Origin: Myxococcota bacterium
GTDB lineage: Bacteria > Myxococcota_A > Polyangia > Polyangiales > Sandaracinaceae
NCBI GenBank assembly: GCA_036149055.1
Contig: JAYZQJ010000007.1
Span: forward strand, 75,485 to 139,484
DNA length: 64,000 bases
Direction: 5' to 3'
Made by a program: the position numbers and the translations under genes. Position 1 is the stretch's first letter; each line of letters begins with the position of its first letter. Below the pieces are notes generated by a model that did not search any database, had not been told where the DNA came from, and was given only the letters and a program-made list of their open reading frames with translations. Of this stretch, positions 36,876-46,864 are shown in pieces.

Positions 36876-39800
36876 GTGCCCACCCCCTCGACCCCGCCGC
36901 CGGAGAGCCTCGGGCGCTACCGGATCGTGCGTCGCCTCGGCGCGGGCGGGATGGCCGAGGTGTTCCTGGCCAAGAGCACGGGCGCCGAGGGCATCGAGAA
37001 GATCCTGGTGGTGAAGCGGGTGCTGCCCACCTTCGCGCGCAGCCCGAAGTTCATCTCGATGTTCGTCGACGAGGCGAAGGTGGCGATGCGCCTCAACCAC
37101 CCGAACATCGTGCAGGTCTACGCGTTCGAGCAGGTCCGGGACGAGTTCCTGCTCGCGATGGAGTTCGTGGATGGCCTCGATCTGGGGCGCCTCATCTCGG
37201 GAGCCCGCAGGCAGGGGCGCCGCATCCCGGCCGCGCTCGCCGCCTACGTGGTGAGCGAGATGGCCAAGGGGCTCGACTACGCGCACAACCGCAAGGACGA
37301 GAGCGGCGTGCCGATGGACATCGTGCACCGGGACGTCAGCCCCCAGAACGTCCTGCTCAGCTACGACGGCATCGTGAAGATCGCCGACTTCGGCATCGCG
37401 CGGGCCCGCCTGGTCAGCGAGGAGACCGGGGTCATCAAGGGGAAGTTCTCCTACATGTCGCCCGAGCAGGCGCGCGGTCAGCGCGTGGACCGGCGCAGCG
37501 ACGTGTACTCGATCGGCGTGCTGCTGGCCGAGCTGCTCATGAACCGCTCCATGTACCCCGGCCAGCAGGGCATGGAGGTGCTCGAGCAGGTCCGCGACGG
37601 CAAGCTCACCCTGCCGCGCCAGGTCGACCGCGGGTGCCCGCCGGAGCTCGACGAGGTCGTGCGCCGGGCCACCGCCTTCGATCGGGAGGAGCGCTTCCAG
37701 ACCGCCCGCTCCCTCGCCGGGGCCCTGTCGCGCTGGCTCCACGGGCAGGAGGAGATCCTCGACGCGCTCGACCTCGAGCAGTTCATCAACGACATCGCGC
37801 CCCGCGAGGTCACCAGCCCGGACGGCCCCACCGGCGGGCGGACCTCGGGCACCGCGGAGACCCACGCCTCGCTGCCTCACGCCGCCGGCCGCGAGCTGCG
37901 CGAGCGCCGCAACGTGGTGGTGGTGCACGGGCGGCTCCGGGGCGAGGCCGAGATCACCGGGGTCGAGCGCACCGGCCGGAGCATCTCGGACCAGGCGGTC
38001 CGGGTGCTCGACGACATCGCCTACAAGTACCACGCGATCCTCGACTGGCCGGAGGGGCAGGGGAAGCGGAGCTTCCGGCTCCTGATCGGGCTCGGCCGGG
38101 TCTCGGTCGACGACCCGCTGCACGCCGTCCGGCTCGCGATGGACGTGCTCGACGCGCTCGAGGGCCTCAGCGCCGACCTGCTGGTGCCGCTCACCGCCTC
38201 GGTGGGCCTGTCGCGCGGCGTGGTCGCGACGGTCCGCGCGGCCAGCGGACGGCTCCGCTACCAGCCCCTCGAGGGCGTCTTCGAGGTCGCGCGCGAGCTG
38301 GGGGATCACGGCGAGGCGAGCGAGATCCTCGCGACCGGCGAGGTCTTCCGGCTGGCGCGCCGCGCGTTCTCGTTCGACGAGCGGGACGTCCGCGAGATCA
38401 CGGTGACCGGGACCCAGGCCGGGCCCCGGCGCTTTCGCGCGTATCGTCTGCGAGGCGCCCGCACCCGTGAGGAGCGCGCGGCCGAGGCCCTCGCGGTGGC
38501 CGGCCAGGTCGGGCTCTTCGGCCGCTCCATGGAGATCCAGGCCCTCGTCGACGCCTACGAGGAGCTCGTCCGGGACCGGCAGAGCGCCTACTTCTGCATC
38601 ACCGGCGAGCTCGGCGTCGGCAAGAGCGCCCTCGTGGCCGCGGCGGTCGACGCGTTCGAGCCCGCCCCGCGCCTGCTGCGCATCGAGTGCGTGTTCGGCA
38701 GCGCCGAGGTCCCCTACGGCGCGGTGGGCGAGCTGGTGCGCGAGGCCTGCGACATCCCCGAGGACGCGTCGGCCGAGGAGGCGCGCCGGCAGCTCGCCGA
38801 GACCCTCGAGCGCACGCTCCCGCCGGACGCGCGCGGCCCCACCGCCGACGCGCTCGAGCCGCTGATCGCGCCGATCGCCTCCGAGGACCCGGGAGACCGC
38901 AGCGCAGGTTTGATACGGGCCGTGCGCACCCTGCTGGCCGGGCTCGCGAGCGGCGGCCCGCTGGTGGTGTGGGTCGACGCGCTGCAGTTCACCGACACCC
39001 CGAGCCTCCAGCTCATGTCGCGCTTGATGGCGCACACCTATCCGGCGCCGCTGATGGTCGTGCTCTCGAGCCGGGCCGACGAGCGGGTGGAGGAGCTGCT
39101 CGGCGGGGTGCCGCGCATCGATCTCGAGGAGCTGGACGACGACGATCGCCACAGCCTCGTCGAGGCGCGCTTCGGCGGCGCGAAGGTGCCCCGCGAGATC
39201 CAGGACAAGATCGTGCACCGCGCGGGCGGGAACCCGTTCTTTCTCATCGAGCTCATCGACGCGCTGCTCGAGCGCGACGTGGTCCGCATCGAAGGGGAGG
39301 GGGCGGCGCGGGAGGTGGTCCGCCGCAGCGGCGCCGCCTTCGCGCTCCCGACCACCCTCGAGGACGTGATCGCGGCCCGCCTCGCCGAGCTCCCGGAGCA
39401 CGAGCGACACGCGCTGCGCTGGCTGGCGGTGACCGGACCCGGGCTCCGGGTGTCGGAGCTGCGCACCCTGACCGGCGAGGATCTGGCCGGAGATCTGAGC
39501 GCGCTCGCCGAGCGCGGCCTGGTGCAGGAGCGGGCGGGCGGGGTGCTGTTCTTCCCGAGCGCGGTCGTGCGCCACGTCGCCTACGAGAGCATCGACTCGA
39601 GCGACCGGGTGCGCATGCACCGGATGATGGCGAACTACCTCACCGCGCTCGACGCGGTGCCGCCCGCCCGGCTGGCCCATCACCGCGAGCAGGCCGGGGA
39701 CCGCTCCGGGGCCGCGAGCGCGTATCTGGCCGCGGCGCAGGCGGCTCACCTCATGTACAGCCACGAGGACGCGATGCGCTTCTACGGGCGCGCGCTCTCG

Positions 39801-41105
39801 ATGGTCGCCCCGGACTCGCGCCTCGCCTTCGAGGCCCACGAAGGGCGAGAGCAGATCCTCCGGGCGCTCGGGCGCCGAAACGAGCAGCGCAACGAGCTCG
39901 AGGCGCTCCGCGCGCTGGCGGAGCGGTCCCGGGACTCGCATCAGATCGCGATCGCCTTCAGCCGCCTGGCCCGCTTCGACCTCGACGCGGCTCGCCCCAC
40001 CGGGGTCGACGCCCTGCTCCGGCGCGCGCTCGACGCCGCCATCCAGGGTGAGGACAAGGCCTCCGAGATCGAGGCGCTGCGCCTGCTCGGCCAGCTCCGG
40101 CGTGACCAGGGTGATACCCAAGGCGCGATCGAGGCGCTCGACCGGGCCCTGGCGCGGGCCGGCCGCGACGTGGACTTCCTGAGCGCGCGCGGGCAGACCC
40201 TGGTGCAGAAGGCCATCCTGCTCTGGCGCTCCGGCCGCATCGACGACTCGCTCGAGGCGGCGGCCGAGGCGGTCGCGATCTTCCGCCGGCTGGGCCTCAA
40301 GGGACACGAGGCCCACGCCCTGTCGAGCCTCGGCGTCGCGCTCGCCCACAAGGGCAGCTTCGAGGACGCGATCTCGATGATGCGCACCTCGATCCTGCTC
40401 GATCGCGAGATCGGCGACCGGCTCCACCTCGGTCGAAAGGTATCGAACGTGGGCCAGCTTTACGCCGAGCTGGGCGACGTGGACAACGCGCTCGGGTTCC
40501 TGCAGCGGGCGCTCGACGTGTTCGAGCGGGTCGACGACCAGTCGGGTCAGTCGGACACCCTCTGCGCGATGGCGGAGCTGCTCGCGGAGCAGGTGGGCGA
40601 TCTCGAGGCGGCCGACGGAGTGCTCTCGGACGCCCGCGCCCTCGCCGAGCGCATCCAGGATCCCTACGATCTCGCGCACGTGGACCTGGTCGAGGCCGGG
40701 CTCTGGATGGAGAAGGGGCAGCCTCGCCGCGCCGAGCGGCTCGCCAAGGAGGCGGCGTCGCACGCCCGGGCGGCCGGGGCCCGGGGCTACGAGCTGCTGG
40801 CGATGGCCGCGCGCTCGGACGCGCTGGCCCGGCTCCACGAGCGGGACGAGGCCCGGCGCCTGGCGGGCGAGGTCCTGCGCACCGCGCGGGATCGCTCCGA
40901 CGTCGAGCGCGCCGACCGGGTCTACTACCAGGTCGCGGTGGCGCTCGCGCGCTGCGAGCAGCCGAAGGAGGCGGAGCGGGCCATCGCCAACGCGCGGGCG
41001 GTCGTCGACGGGCGCCTCGAGCACATCCGGGACGAGCGGCTCCGCGCCCTCTATCTCGACTCGAAGTGGGTGCGATCCATCCGGCGGGATCTACCGACTG
41101 CCTGA
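36876..41105 (+). CDS. Ser/Thr kinase - degenerate cyclase-like - STAND ATPase - TPR protein, 1409 aa
   Basis: GAGGMAEVF, VHRDVSPQN, DFG, KGKFSYMSPE; RERRNVVVV cyclase-like segment; LFGR, GELGVGKS, VDALQF, GGNPFF. Confidence 0.88.
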   Translation: MPTPSTPPPESLGRYRIVRRLGAGGMAEVFLAKSTGAEGIEKILVVKRVLPTFARSPKFISMFVDEAKVAMRLNHPNIVQVYAFEQVRDEFLLAMEFVDGLDLGRLISGARRQGRRIPAALAAYVVSEMAKGLDYAHNRKDESGVPMDIVHRDVSPQNVLLSYDGIVKIADFGIARARLVSEETGVIKGKFSYMSPEQARGQRVDRRSDVYSIGVLLAELLMNRSMYPGQQGMEVLEQVRDGKLTLPRQVDRGCPPELDEVVRRATAFDREERFQTARSLAGALSRWLHGQEEILDALDLEQFINDIAPREVTSPDGPTGGRTSGTAETHASLPHAAGRELRERRNVVVVHGRLRGEAEITGVERTGRSISDQAVRVLDDIAYKYHAILDWPEGQGKRSFRLLIGLGRVSVDDPLHAVRLAMDVLDALEGLSADLLVPLTASVGLSRGVVATVRAASGRLRYQPLEGVFEVARELGDHGEASEILATGEVFRLARRAFSFDERDVREITVTGTQAGPRRFRAYRLRGARTREERAAEALAVAGQVGLFGRSMEIQALVDAYEELVRDRQSAYFCITGELGVGKSALVAAAVDAFEPAPRLLRIECVFGSAEVPYGAVGELVREACDIPEDASAEEARRQLAETLERTLPPDARGPTADALEPLIAPIASEDPGDRSAGLIRAVRTLLAGLASGGPLVVWVDALQFTDTPSLQLMSRLMAHTYPAPLMVVLSSRADERVEELLGGVPRIDLEELDDDDRHSLVEARFGGAKVPREIQDKIVHRAGGNPFFLIELIDALLERDVVRIEGEGAAREVVRRSGAAFALPTTLEDVIAARLAELPEHERHALRWLAVTGPGLRVSELRTLTGEDLAGDLSALAERGLVQERAGGVLFFPSAVVRHVAYESIDSSDRVRMHRMMANYLTALDAVPPARLAHHREQAGDRSGAASAYLAAAQAAHLMYSHEDAMRFYGRALSMVAPDSRLAFEAHEGREQILRALGRRNEQRNELEALRALAERSRDSHQIAIAFSRLARFDLDAARPTGVDALLRRALDAAIQGEDKASEIEALRLLGQLRRDQGDTQGAIEALDRALARAGRDVDFLSARGQTLVQKAILLWRSGRIDDSLEAAAEAVAIFRRLGLKGHEAHALSSLGVALAHKGSFEDAISMMRTSILLDREIGDRLHLGRKVSNVGQLYAELGDVDNALGFLQRALDVFERVDDQSGQSDTLCAMAELLAEQVGDLEAADGVLSDARALAERIQDPYDLAHVDLVEAGLWMEKGQPRRAERLAKEAASHARAAGARGYELLAMAARSDALARLHERDEARRLAGEVLRTARDRSDVERADRVYYQVAVALARCEQPKEAERAIANARAVVDGRLEHIRDERLRALYLDSKWVRSIRRDLPTA

Positions 41106-41108
41106 CGA

Positions 41109-42278
41109 ATGCTCGCGCTGGTCATGAGCGGAGGCGGGGCGCGCGGTGCCTACGAGGTGGGAGTGCTGTCCTACCTGTACGGGCAGCTGGCGCAGAGCCT
41201 CGGCCCGCCGCGCTTCGACATCGTCTGCGGCACGAGCGTGGGCGCGATCAACGGCGCCTTCATGGCCTCGGTCGCTCACGATCCGGGCCCGGGGACCCGG
41301 CGCCTCGAGGCCCTCTGGCGGGACCTCGAGATGCCCCAGGTGCTCGGGTTCAACATGATCCAGGCCCAGCGCCTCCACCGGGTCCTGCTCGGCGGGCGGC
41401 GCGGCGCGGGGCTCTTCGACGCCTCGCCGATGACCGACATCATCCGGTCCGAGATCGACTACCGGCAGCTCGCCCGGAACGTGCGGGCCGGCCGCCTCAA
41501 GGCGCTCACCGTCACCGCGACCCACGTCCCGACCGGTCAGCCCACGGTGTTCGTCGACAAGCACCCGAGCGTGGCCCTGCCGAAGCTCTCGGCCCGCAAC
41601 GTGGTGGTGCGCACCGCGCACGTGATGCCCTACCACGTGCTCGCATCGGCTGCGATACCGATCCTCTTCCCGCCGGTCTTCATCCGGACCGATCTCTACT
41701 GCGACGGGGGGCTGCGCCTGAACACCCCGCTGGGACCGGCGATCCGCCTGGGCGCGGACCGGGTGCTCGTGATCGGCATGACCGGCCAGACCCACGACCG
41801 GGTGGAGATCCCGCCTTCGCGCTTCCCCGGCTTGCCGTTCCTGCTCGGCAAGGTGCTCGACGCGTTCCTGCTCGACCACGTGAACCTCGACATCGAGGAG
41901 CTCGAGCGGATCAACGAGCTGCTCCAGGACGGGATCGCCGCTTACGGGCCCGAGTTCCTCGACCGTGTCAACGCCGAGGCCGCCAAGCGCGGGCACCCGC
42001 CGAGGCGGCTCATCGACTCGCTCGTCATCCGCCCGAGTCGCGACATGGGCGAGATGGCCGCCGACTTCCTCCGGCGGGAGCGGGTCGCGATCCGGCGGCG
42101 CCTCGGCCGGGCGTTCCTCCGGCTGATGGACGTCGGGGAGGGGGCCGACTCCGCGGATCTGGCGAGCTACCTGCTCTTCGACGGGGGCTTCTGCTCCGAG
42201 CTGATCGAGCTCGGCCGGGCCGACGCCGCCGCCCGCCACGACGAGCTCACCGCCTTCCTGAGCCCTCGCGGGTCGTGA
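41109..42278 (+). CDS. patatin-like phospholipase
   Basis: SGGGARGAY, GTSVG (Ser), ASAAIP, DGG. Confidence 0.92.
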   Translation: MLALVMSGGGARGAYEVGVLSYLYGQLAQSLGPPRFDIVCGTSVGAINGAFMASVAHDPGPGTRRLEALWRDLEMPQVLGFNMIQAQRLHRVLLGGRRGAGLFDASPMTDIIRSEIDYRQLARNVRAGRLKALTVTATHVPTGQPTVFVDKHPSVALPKLSARNVVVRTAHVMPYHVLASAAIPILFPPVFIRTDLYCDGGLRLNTPLGPAIRLGADRVLVIGMTGQTHDRVEIPPSRFPGLPFLLGKVLDAFLLDHVNLDIEELERINELLQDGIAAYGPEFLDRVNAEAAKRGHPPRRLIDSLVIRPSRDMGEMAADFLRRERVAIRRRLGRAFLRLMDVGEGADSADLASYLLFDGGFCSELIELGRADAAARHDELTAFLSPRGS

Positions 42279-42310
42279 TCCCCCAGGGCTGGGGAGCGCC
42301 TGGGACAAAT

Positions 42311-42319
42311 TGTGGATAA
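42311..42319 (-). promoter_or_regulatory. consensus DnaA box (TTATCCACA)
   Basis: TGTGGATAA on + in an AT-enriched intergenic gap; 2-mismatch copy at 42379-42387. Confidence 0.45.
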
Positions 42320-42406
42320 AGTTCCCCAAGCCTTCGAGACCACGGGCGTTTCGACAGAAAAAAAGCCTGTGCTATCGTTGGGGATAGAGGTATCAAAGAG
42401 CGTGAC

Positions 42407-43150
42407 ATGCCTCCGTTGAAAGAGGTCTCAACCTCGCCCTCACCCGAGGAGTGCCTTCGAGAGGCTCTCCAGGCGGAGAGCCCCAGTATACGGGCACATT
42501 TCGCCGAACGAGGGCTCGCGGCGGAGGGGCCGCTCGAACCTGATACAGAGGTGCTCTTGCTACGCCAGCTCTACCTGGCGCACCTCGACTCGCATCGATT
42601 TCGCGACGCCGCGGACACCGCCCTCCGCATGAGCGCGCTCGGTCCGCTGAAGGACGTCTGTCACCACGACGCGTCCCGGGCGCTCGCCGCCCTCGGAGAC
42701 CTCGACGCGGCGGTGGCCCAGCAGCGCCTCGCCGCCCGCGCCGCGCCCCCGGACCGCCGCAGCTTCCAGTGGTGGTCGCTGGCGACGCTCCTCCAGCAGG
42801 CCGGCGACCGGCAGTCTGCCATCCGGGCGCTGCGCCGCGGCGAGCGCTGGGCCCACGACGACCGGCCGCTCCTCCGGGCGCACCGGGCGTGGCTCCGGAT
42901 CGAGGAGGGGCAGATGCCCCGCGAGCTGGACGCGATCTGCGCCGACCTCGAGCGCTCCCGGGGCGCGGCCGGCTACGGCCAGCTCGTGCTCGGCATGATC
43001 CGTCACCGGATGGGCGACGCCGCGCGGGCGGCCGTGCACCTCCGCGCCTTCCTCCGGCGAAACGCCTCCGCGGACGCGGCCAAGGCGATCACCCTGCGCG
43101 AGGAGCTCCGGCTCGCGCGTGAGGCCCTCGCCGGCATCGACTCCGAGTGA
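42407..43150 (+). CDS. hypothetical TPR-like helical protein
   Basis: ATG after intergenic gap; Ala/Leu-rich helical repeats (HHDASRALAALGDLDAA, WWSLATLLQQAGD). Confidence 0.6.
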   Translation: MPPLKEVSTSPSPEECLREALQAESPSIRAHFAERGLAAEGPLEPDTEVLLLRQLYLAHLDSHRFRDAADTALRMSALGPLKDVCHHDASRALAALGDLDAAVAQQRLAARAAPPDRRSFQWWSLATLLQQAGDRQSAIRALRRGERWAHDDRPLLRAHRAWLRIEEGQMPRELDAICADLERSRGAAGYGQLVLGMIRHRMGDAARAAVHLRAFLRRNASADAAKAITLREELRLAREALAGIDSE

Positions 43151-43251
43151 CAGCCGCCCGTAAGGCGGGAGGACGCCTTCTTTCGCCCGGCGGCCTGCGG
43201 TAGGTTCCCCACGCGGCCGCGGGGGATGGCGGGCCGCGAGGAGGAGGATCG

Positions 43252-44670
43252 ATGAGGCACCTTGGCTTGATGACGGCGCTCGCGCTGACCTGCGCGGCGT
43301 GTGGTGAGTCCCACAGCGCGGACGCCGGGACCACGATCACCTTCGACGCCGCGCTCCCCGACAGCGGGCCGGGCGATCTCTGCGGCAACGGGGAGCTCGA
43401 CCCGGGCGAGCGCTGCGACGACGGCAACACCACGCCGGGAGACGGCTGCGACGCCGAGTGTGTGCGCGAGCCCTACTGCGGCGACGGGAGCGTCGACGGC
43501 GACGAGGTCTGCGACGACGGCAACAACGCCTCGGGCGACGGCTGCCGGAGCGACTGTCGCAGCGACGAGACCTGCGGCAACGGCATCACCGACCACGCCC
43601 GCGGCGAGCTCTGCGACGGCGAGGCCAACTGCGGCCCCGACTGCATGACGGTCCCCGGCTGCGGCGACGGCACCGTCACCGACCCCGAGGTGTGTGACGA
43701 CGCGAACACCGATCGCTGGGACGGCTGCGACGCGGCGTGTCGCGAGGAGATCGTGCTCGTGATGAGCTCCCTCGGGCTCGGCGACCGCCGGACCGGGTGC
43801 GACTTCAACGGCGACGGCAGCCCCGACAACGCCTTCGCGCGGGCCCTCGGCCTGCTGGCCACCGCGATCGGGCCGCTCATCGAGCAGCAGATCTCGAGCG
43901 GCGACCTGATCATCCTGCTCGGCATGCTCGGCCTGGACGACCCGACCGGGGTGAACGACGACGACTTCCGGATCGCCTGGATGGTCGGTGAGGACGCCGA
44001 CGGGGACCCGGACAACAACTTCACGGGCGCCGGCCAGTTCCGCGTCACCCCCGACGCCCTCGGCCCCGACGGCGCGCCGCTCACCTCCATCCAGAGCCGC
44101 GTCGCGAGCAGCGACCTGACCGGCGGGCCGGAGGACATCCCGCTCCCGATCGGCTTCCTGCCCATCGAGCTCAAGCAGGGCCGCATCGAGGGCACCACGG
44201 TGCCGGACGCGGGCGAGCTGTTCCGCATCGACGACGGTCTCCTCTGCGGTGGCATCCCGGTGAACCTGCTCGCGCTCCTCGGGGGCTTCCTCGGCGACAT
44301 GCTCGAGACCGAGCCCGCCTGCGACGGCGGCGATCCGCCGACCCTGCTCGACCTGATCATCGCCGGCGGCGAGGCGACCGCGAACTTCGGCGGCATGATG
44401 TTCCCGCTGCGCTTCAGCGCGACGCCGCCCGACCTCGACCTCGACGGCGACGGCCTCGAGGGCTTCACCATCACCTCCGACGGCCCCGACGGCTGCCAGC
44501 CGGTGGTGACCGCGTGCACCGACGGCGACGGCACCGTCATCGACGGCCGGGGCTGCTTCTCGGATCCGCGGATCGGAGACGGGCACTCGGCGGCCTTCGA
44601 CTTCACCGCCGTGCGCGGGCAGACCCTCGGAATCGCGGGAGGAACCGGCGGTCCCATGCCGGGCATGTGA
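43252..44670 (+). CDS. lipoprotein with Myxococcus cysteine-rich (DUF4215-like) repeats
   Basis: RBS GAGGAGG; AAC lipobox-like; repeats CGNG...ExCDDGN...GDGC...C. Confidence 0.85.
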   Translation: MRHLGLMTALALTCAACGESHSADAGTTITFDAALPDSGPGDLCGNGELDPGERCDDGNTTPGDGCDAECVREPYCGDGSVDGDEVCDDGNNASGDGCRSDCRSDETCGNGITDHARGELCDGEANCGPDCMTVPGCGDGTVTDPEVCDDANTDRWDGCDAACREEIVLVMSSLGLGDRRTGCDFNGDGSPDNAFARALGLLATAIGPLIEQQISSGDLIILLGMLGLDDPTGVNDDDFRIAWMVGEDADGDPDNNFTGAGQFRVTPDALGPDGAPLTSIQSRVASSDLTGGPEDIPLPIGFLPIELKQGRIEGTTVPDAGELFRIDDGLLCGGIPVNLLALLGGFLGDMLETEPACDGGDPPTLLDLIIAGGEATANFGGMMFPLRFSATPPDLDLDGDGLEGFTITSDGPDGCQPVVTACTDGDGTVIDGRGCFSDPRIGDGHSAAFDFTAVRGQTLGIAGGTGGPMPGM

Positions 44671-44713
44671 GGCTCGCGGCGGGCTCCACGGAGTGCTAGC
44701 CTCGCGGGCCTCT

Positions 44714-46012
44714 ATGCCGGGGGAGCCGCAGACGGAGCTCGACGCGGCCTGGGCCGCCTTCGTCGCGGGCCAGCGGGAGGTCGCGATCCGGCGATGCGTC
44801 GCGCTGCTCGAGGCGTCGCCGGGTCAGCTGGGCGCGGCGCTGCTGCTCACCGAGTTGCTGGCCGAGGCGCGGCCCGACGCGGTGAAGGCGACCGGGGAGC
44901 GGCTCGTGTCCGCGTTCATCGCGCGCGGAGACCTCCCTCGCGCCGTCGTCGCAGCCCGCACCCTGCCCGGCGCCGCCGCCACCAAGGCGATCCGGGCGAT
45001 CGCGGTCGCGTTCGGCAAGGGCTCGAAGCGCGTCGCCGACGTGGCCCCGGCGCCTCCGCCGCTGCCCGCGGAGACGGCGGACGCCGACGGCCCCGACGTC
45101 AGCGGCGAGGCGCTCCTCGATCGCGCGGCCGAGGCGCTCCGCACCCTCGACGTGGGCGAGCTCGATCCGGCCGCCAAGATCCCGCTGCTCCCGCTCTTCG
45201 GCGCGCTCTCGCCGCCGGCCCTGGAGCAGCTGCTCTCGGTCTGGGAGCTGCGCACCCTCGCGGAGGGCGAGGCGGCGATCCACGAGGGCACCGAGGGCCG
45301 GGACGCCTTCGTCGTGGTCCGCGGCCACCTCCGCGCCGAGCGGGGCGAGGGCGACGACGCGCTGACCCTGGCCGAGCTCGGGCCCGGCGCGCTCTTCGGC
45401 GAGATGGCGCTCGTCAGCGAGTCGCCGCGCGCGGCCTCGGTCATCGCCGCCGAGCCGGTGCAGCTCCTGGCCGCCAGTCGCGAGGCGCTCGAGAAGCTCG
45501 CCGCCAAGACGCCGGTCATCGGCCAGCAGCTCTCGGAGTTCTGCCGGGCCCGCATGGTGTCGAACCTCGTGCGCCACAGCCCGATCCTCGCCGCGGTGGG
45601 CGCGTCCGAGCGCGCCGCCCTGATGCGCCGCTTCGAGACCCGCCGCTTCAAGCCGGGCGAGCACCTCATCACCTTCGAGCAGGAGCCCGAGGGGCTGTTC
45701 CTGGTGGCGAGCGGCGCCGTCGACGTCGTCGGCCGCGACGCCGACGGGGACGCCCTGAAGGTCGCCGAGCTCGGCCCGGGCGACGTGGTCGGCGAGATCA
45801 GCCTCGTGCTCCGCCGCCCCGCCACCGCCGACGTCGTCGCCACCCACCAGACGGTCGCGCTCGAGCTCGCCGCGGAGCAATTCCGCGAGGCGATCCGCGA
45901 ACATCCCTCCCTCCTCGGTGAACTCTACGAGCTCGCCACGAAACGAGAGGACGAGATGAGGACCGTCGTCGCCCAAGAAGCCCTCGACGTCGAAGAGGTG
46001 GTGCTCCTGTGA
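44714..46012 (+). CDS. protein with two cyclic nucleotide-binding domains
   Basis: ELGPGALFGEMALVSESPRAASV and ELGPGDVVGEISLVLRRPATADV. Confidence 0.88.
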   Translation: MPGEPQTELDAAWAAFVAGQREVAIRRCVALLEASPGQLGAALLLTELLAEARPDAVKATGERLVSAFIARGDLPRAVVAARTLPGAAATKAIRAIAVAFGKGSKRVADVAPAPPPLPAETADADGPDVSGEALLDRAAEALRTLDVGELDPAAKIPLLPLFGALSPPALEQLLSVWELRTLAEGEAAIHEGTEGRDAFVVVRGHLRAERGEGDDALTLAELGPGALFGEMALVSESPRAASVIAAEPVQLLAASREALEKLAAKTPVIGQQLSEFCRARMVSNLVRHSPILAAVGASERAALMRRFETRRFKPGEHLITFEQEPEGLFLVASGAVDVVGRDADGDALKVAELGPGDVVGEISLVLRRPATADVVATHQTVALELAAEQFREAIREHPSLLGELYELATKREDEMRTVVAQEALDVEEVVLL

Positions 46013-46863
46013 TGCCGTCTCCCGTGCATCGCGCGCCATCGGAGGGTCAGCCGCTGCGCTTCGTCTTCGCTGGCGTCGCGTTCGACGTGCACCCCGCGCC
46101 CGGCCTCGAGGTCGAGGCGCCGACGCCGCTGCGCGACTTCGCGATGCCCTACGACGTGGCGCCGGTGAGCGCCCACGTGCGCTGCGCGATCCAGGGCGGC
46201 GCCGCGCCGGGCGCCCCGGGCCGTCGGGTCGACTGGCGATGGGACTCCGCGTCCTGCTCGATCTCGGCCGCGAGCTGTCGCGCCACGGTGACCCGCTCGG
46301 TGCCCGGTCACTACGCCGCCAGCCTCAGCCTCGGCGACAACCCATGGGCGCTCTCCGACGGCTTGCAGGGCGTCGCCGCCGCCGCGGTGTGTCGCGAGGG
46401 CGGTCTCATCCTTCACGCCACGGGCGTGCTCTTCGAGGGGCGCGCAGTGCTCTTCCTCGGCCCCTCGGGCGCGGGCAAGTCCACGGCCGCGAGCCTCTGC
46501 GCGGGCGCTCGCGCGTTCGCCTTCGACCGCGCCGCGGTCTACTCGACGTCGGACGGCTGGTACGCGGTCGGGCTGCCGGGGGGAGACCCGGTCGCGCTCG
46601 AGAGCGCTCCGGCGCGGCCCCATCCCGTCGGCGCCCTCCTCCGGGTGGTCCAGCGCGACGCGGTCGCCGTGCGCCGCGCCGGGACCCTGGACGCGCTCAC
46701 GCTGCTCCGCGAGTCGGCCCAGGCGCCGGGCACGCACGAAGACGAGGCGCGCTGCCTCGATGCGGTGACCCGGCTCGCGTCCGAGGTGCCGTGCGGCTTC
46801 GTCGAGACCGCGCTCGGCCACGATCTGGGGGCGGCGCTCCGCTCCATCTCGTCGGGGAGCTGA
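46009..46863 (+). CDS. HPr kinase-like P-loop kinase (RiPP-associated type)
   Basis: GGLILHATGV...AVLFLGPSGAGKST; coupled to upstream stop and to PqqD. Confidence 0.75.
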   Translation: MMPSPVHRAPSEGQPLRFVFAGVAFDVHPAPGLEVEAPTPLRDFAMPYDVAPVSAHVRCAIQGGAAPGAPGRRVDWRWDSASCSISAASCRATVTRSVPGHYAASLSLGDNPWALSDGLQGVAAAAVCREGGLILHATGVLFEGRAVLFLGPSGAGKSTAASLCAGARAFAFDRAAVYSTSDGWYAVGLPGGDPVALESAPARPHPVGALLRVVQRDAVAVRRAGTLDALTLLRESAQAPGTHEDEARCLDAVTRLASEVPCGFVETALGHDLGAALRSISSGS

Positions 46864-46864
46864 C

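Noticed and set aside
34827..41024. 2065-aa minus-strand ORF
   Set aside because: Only the last 308 aa are the ABC ATPase; the rest is antisense to the kinase gene or off-frame to DegT
42279..42406. Chromosomal oriC
   Set aside because: Only one perfect DnaA box, short region, no origin-associated genes; kept only as a possible regulatory site
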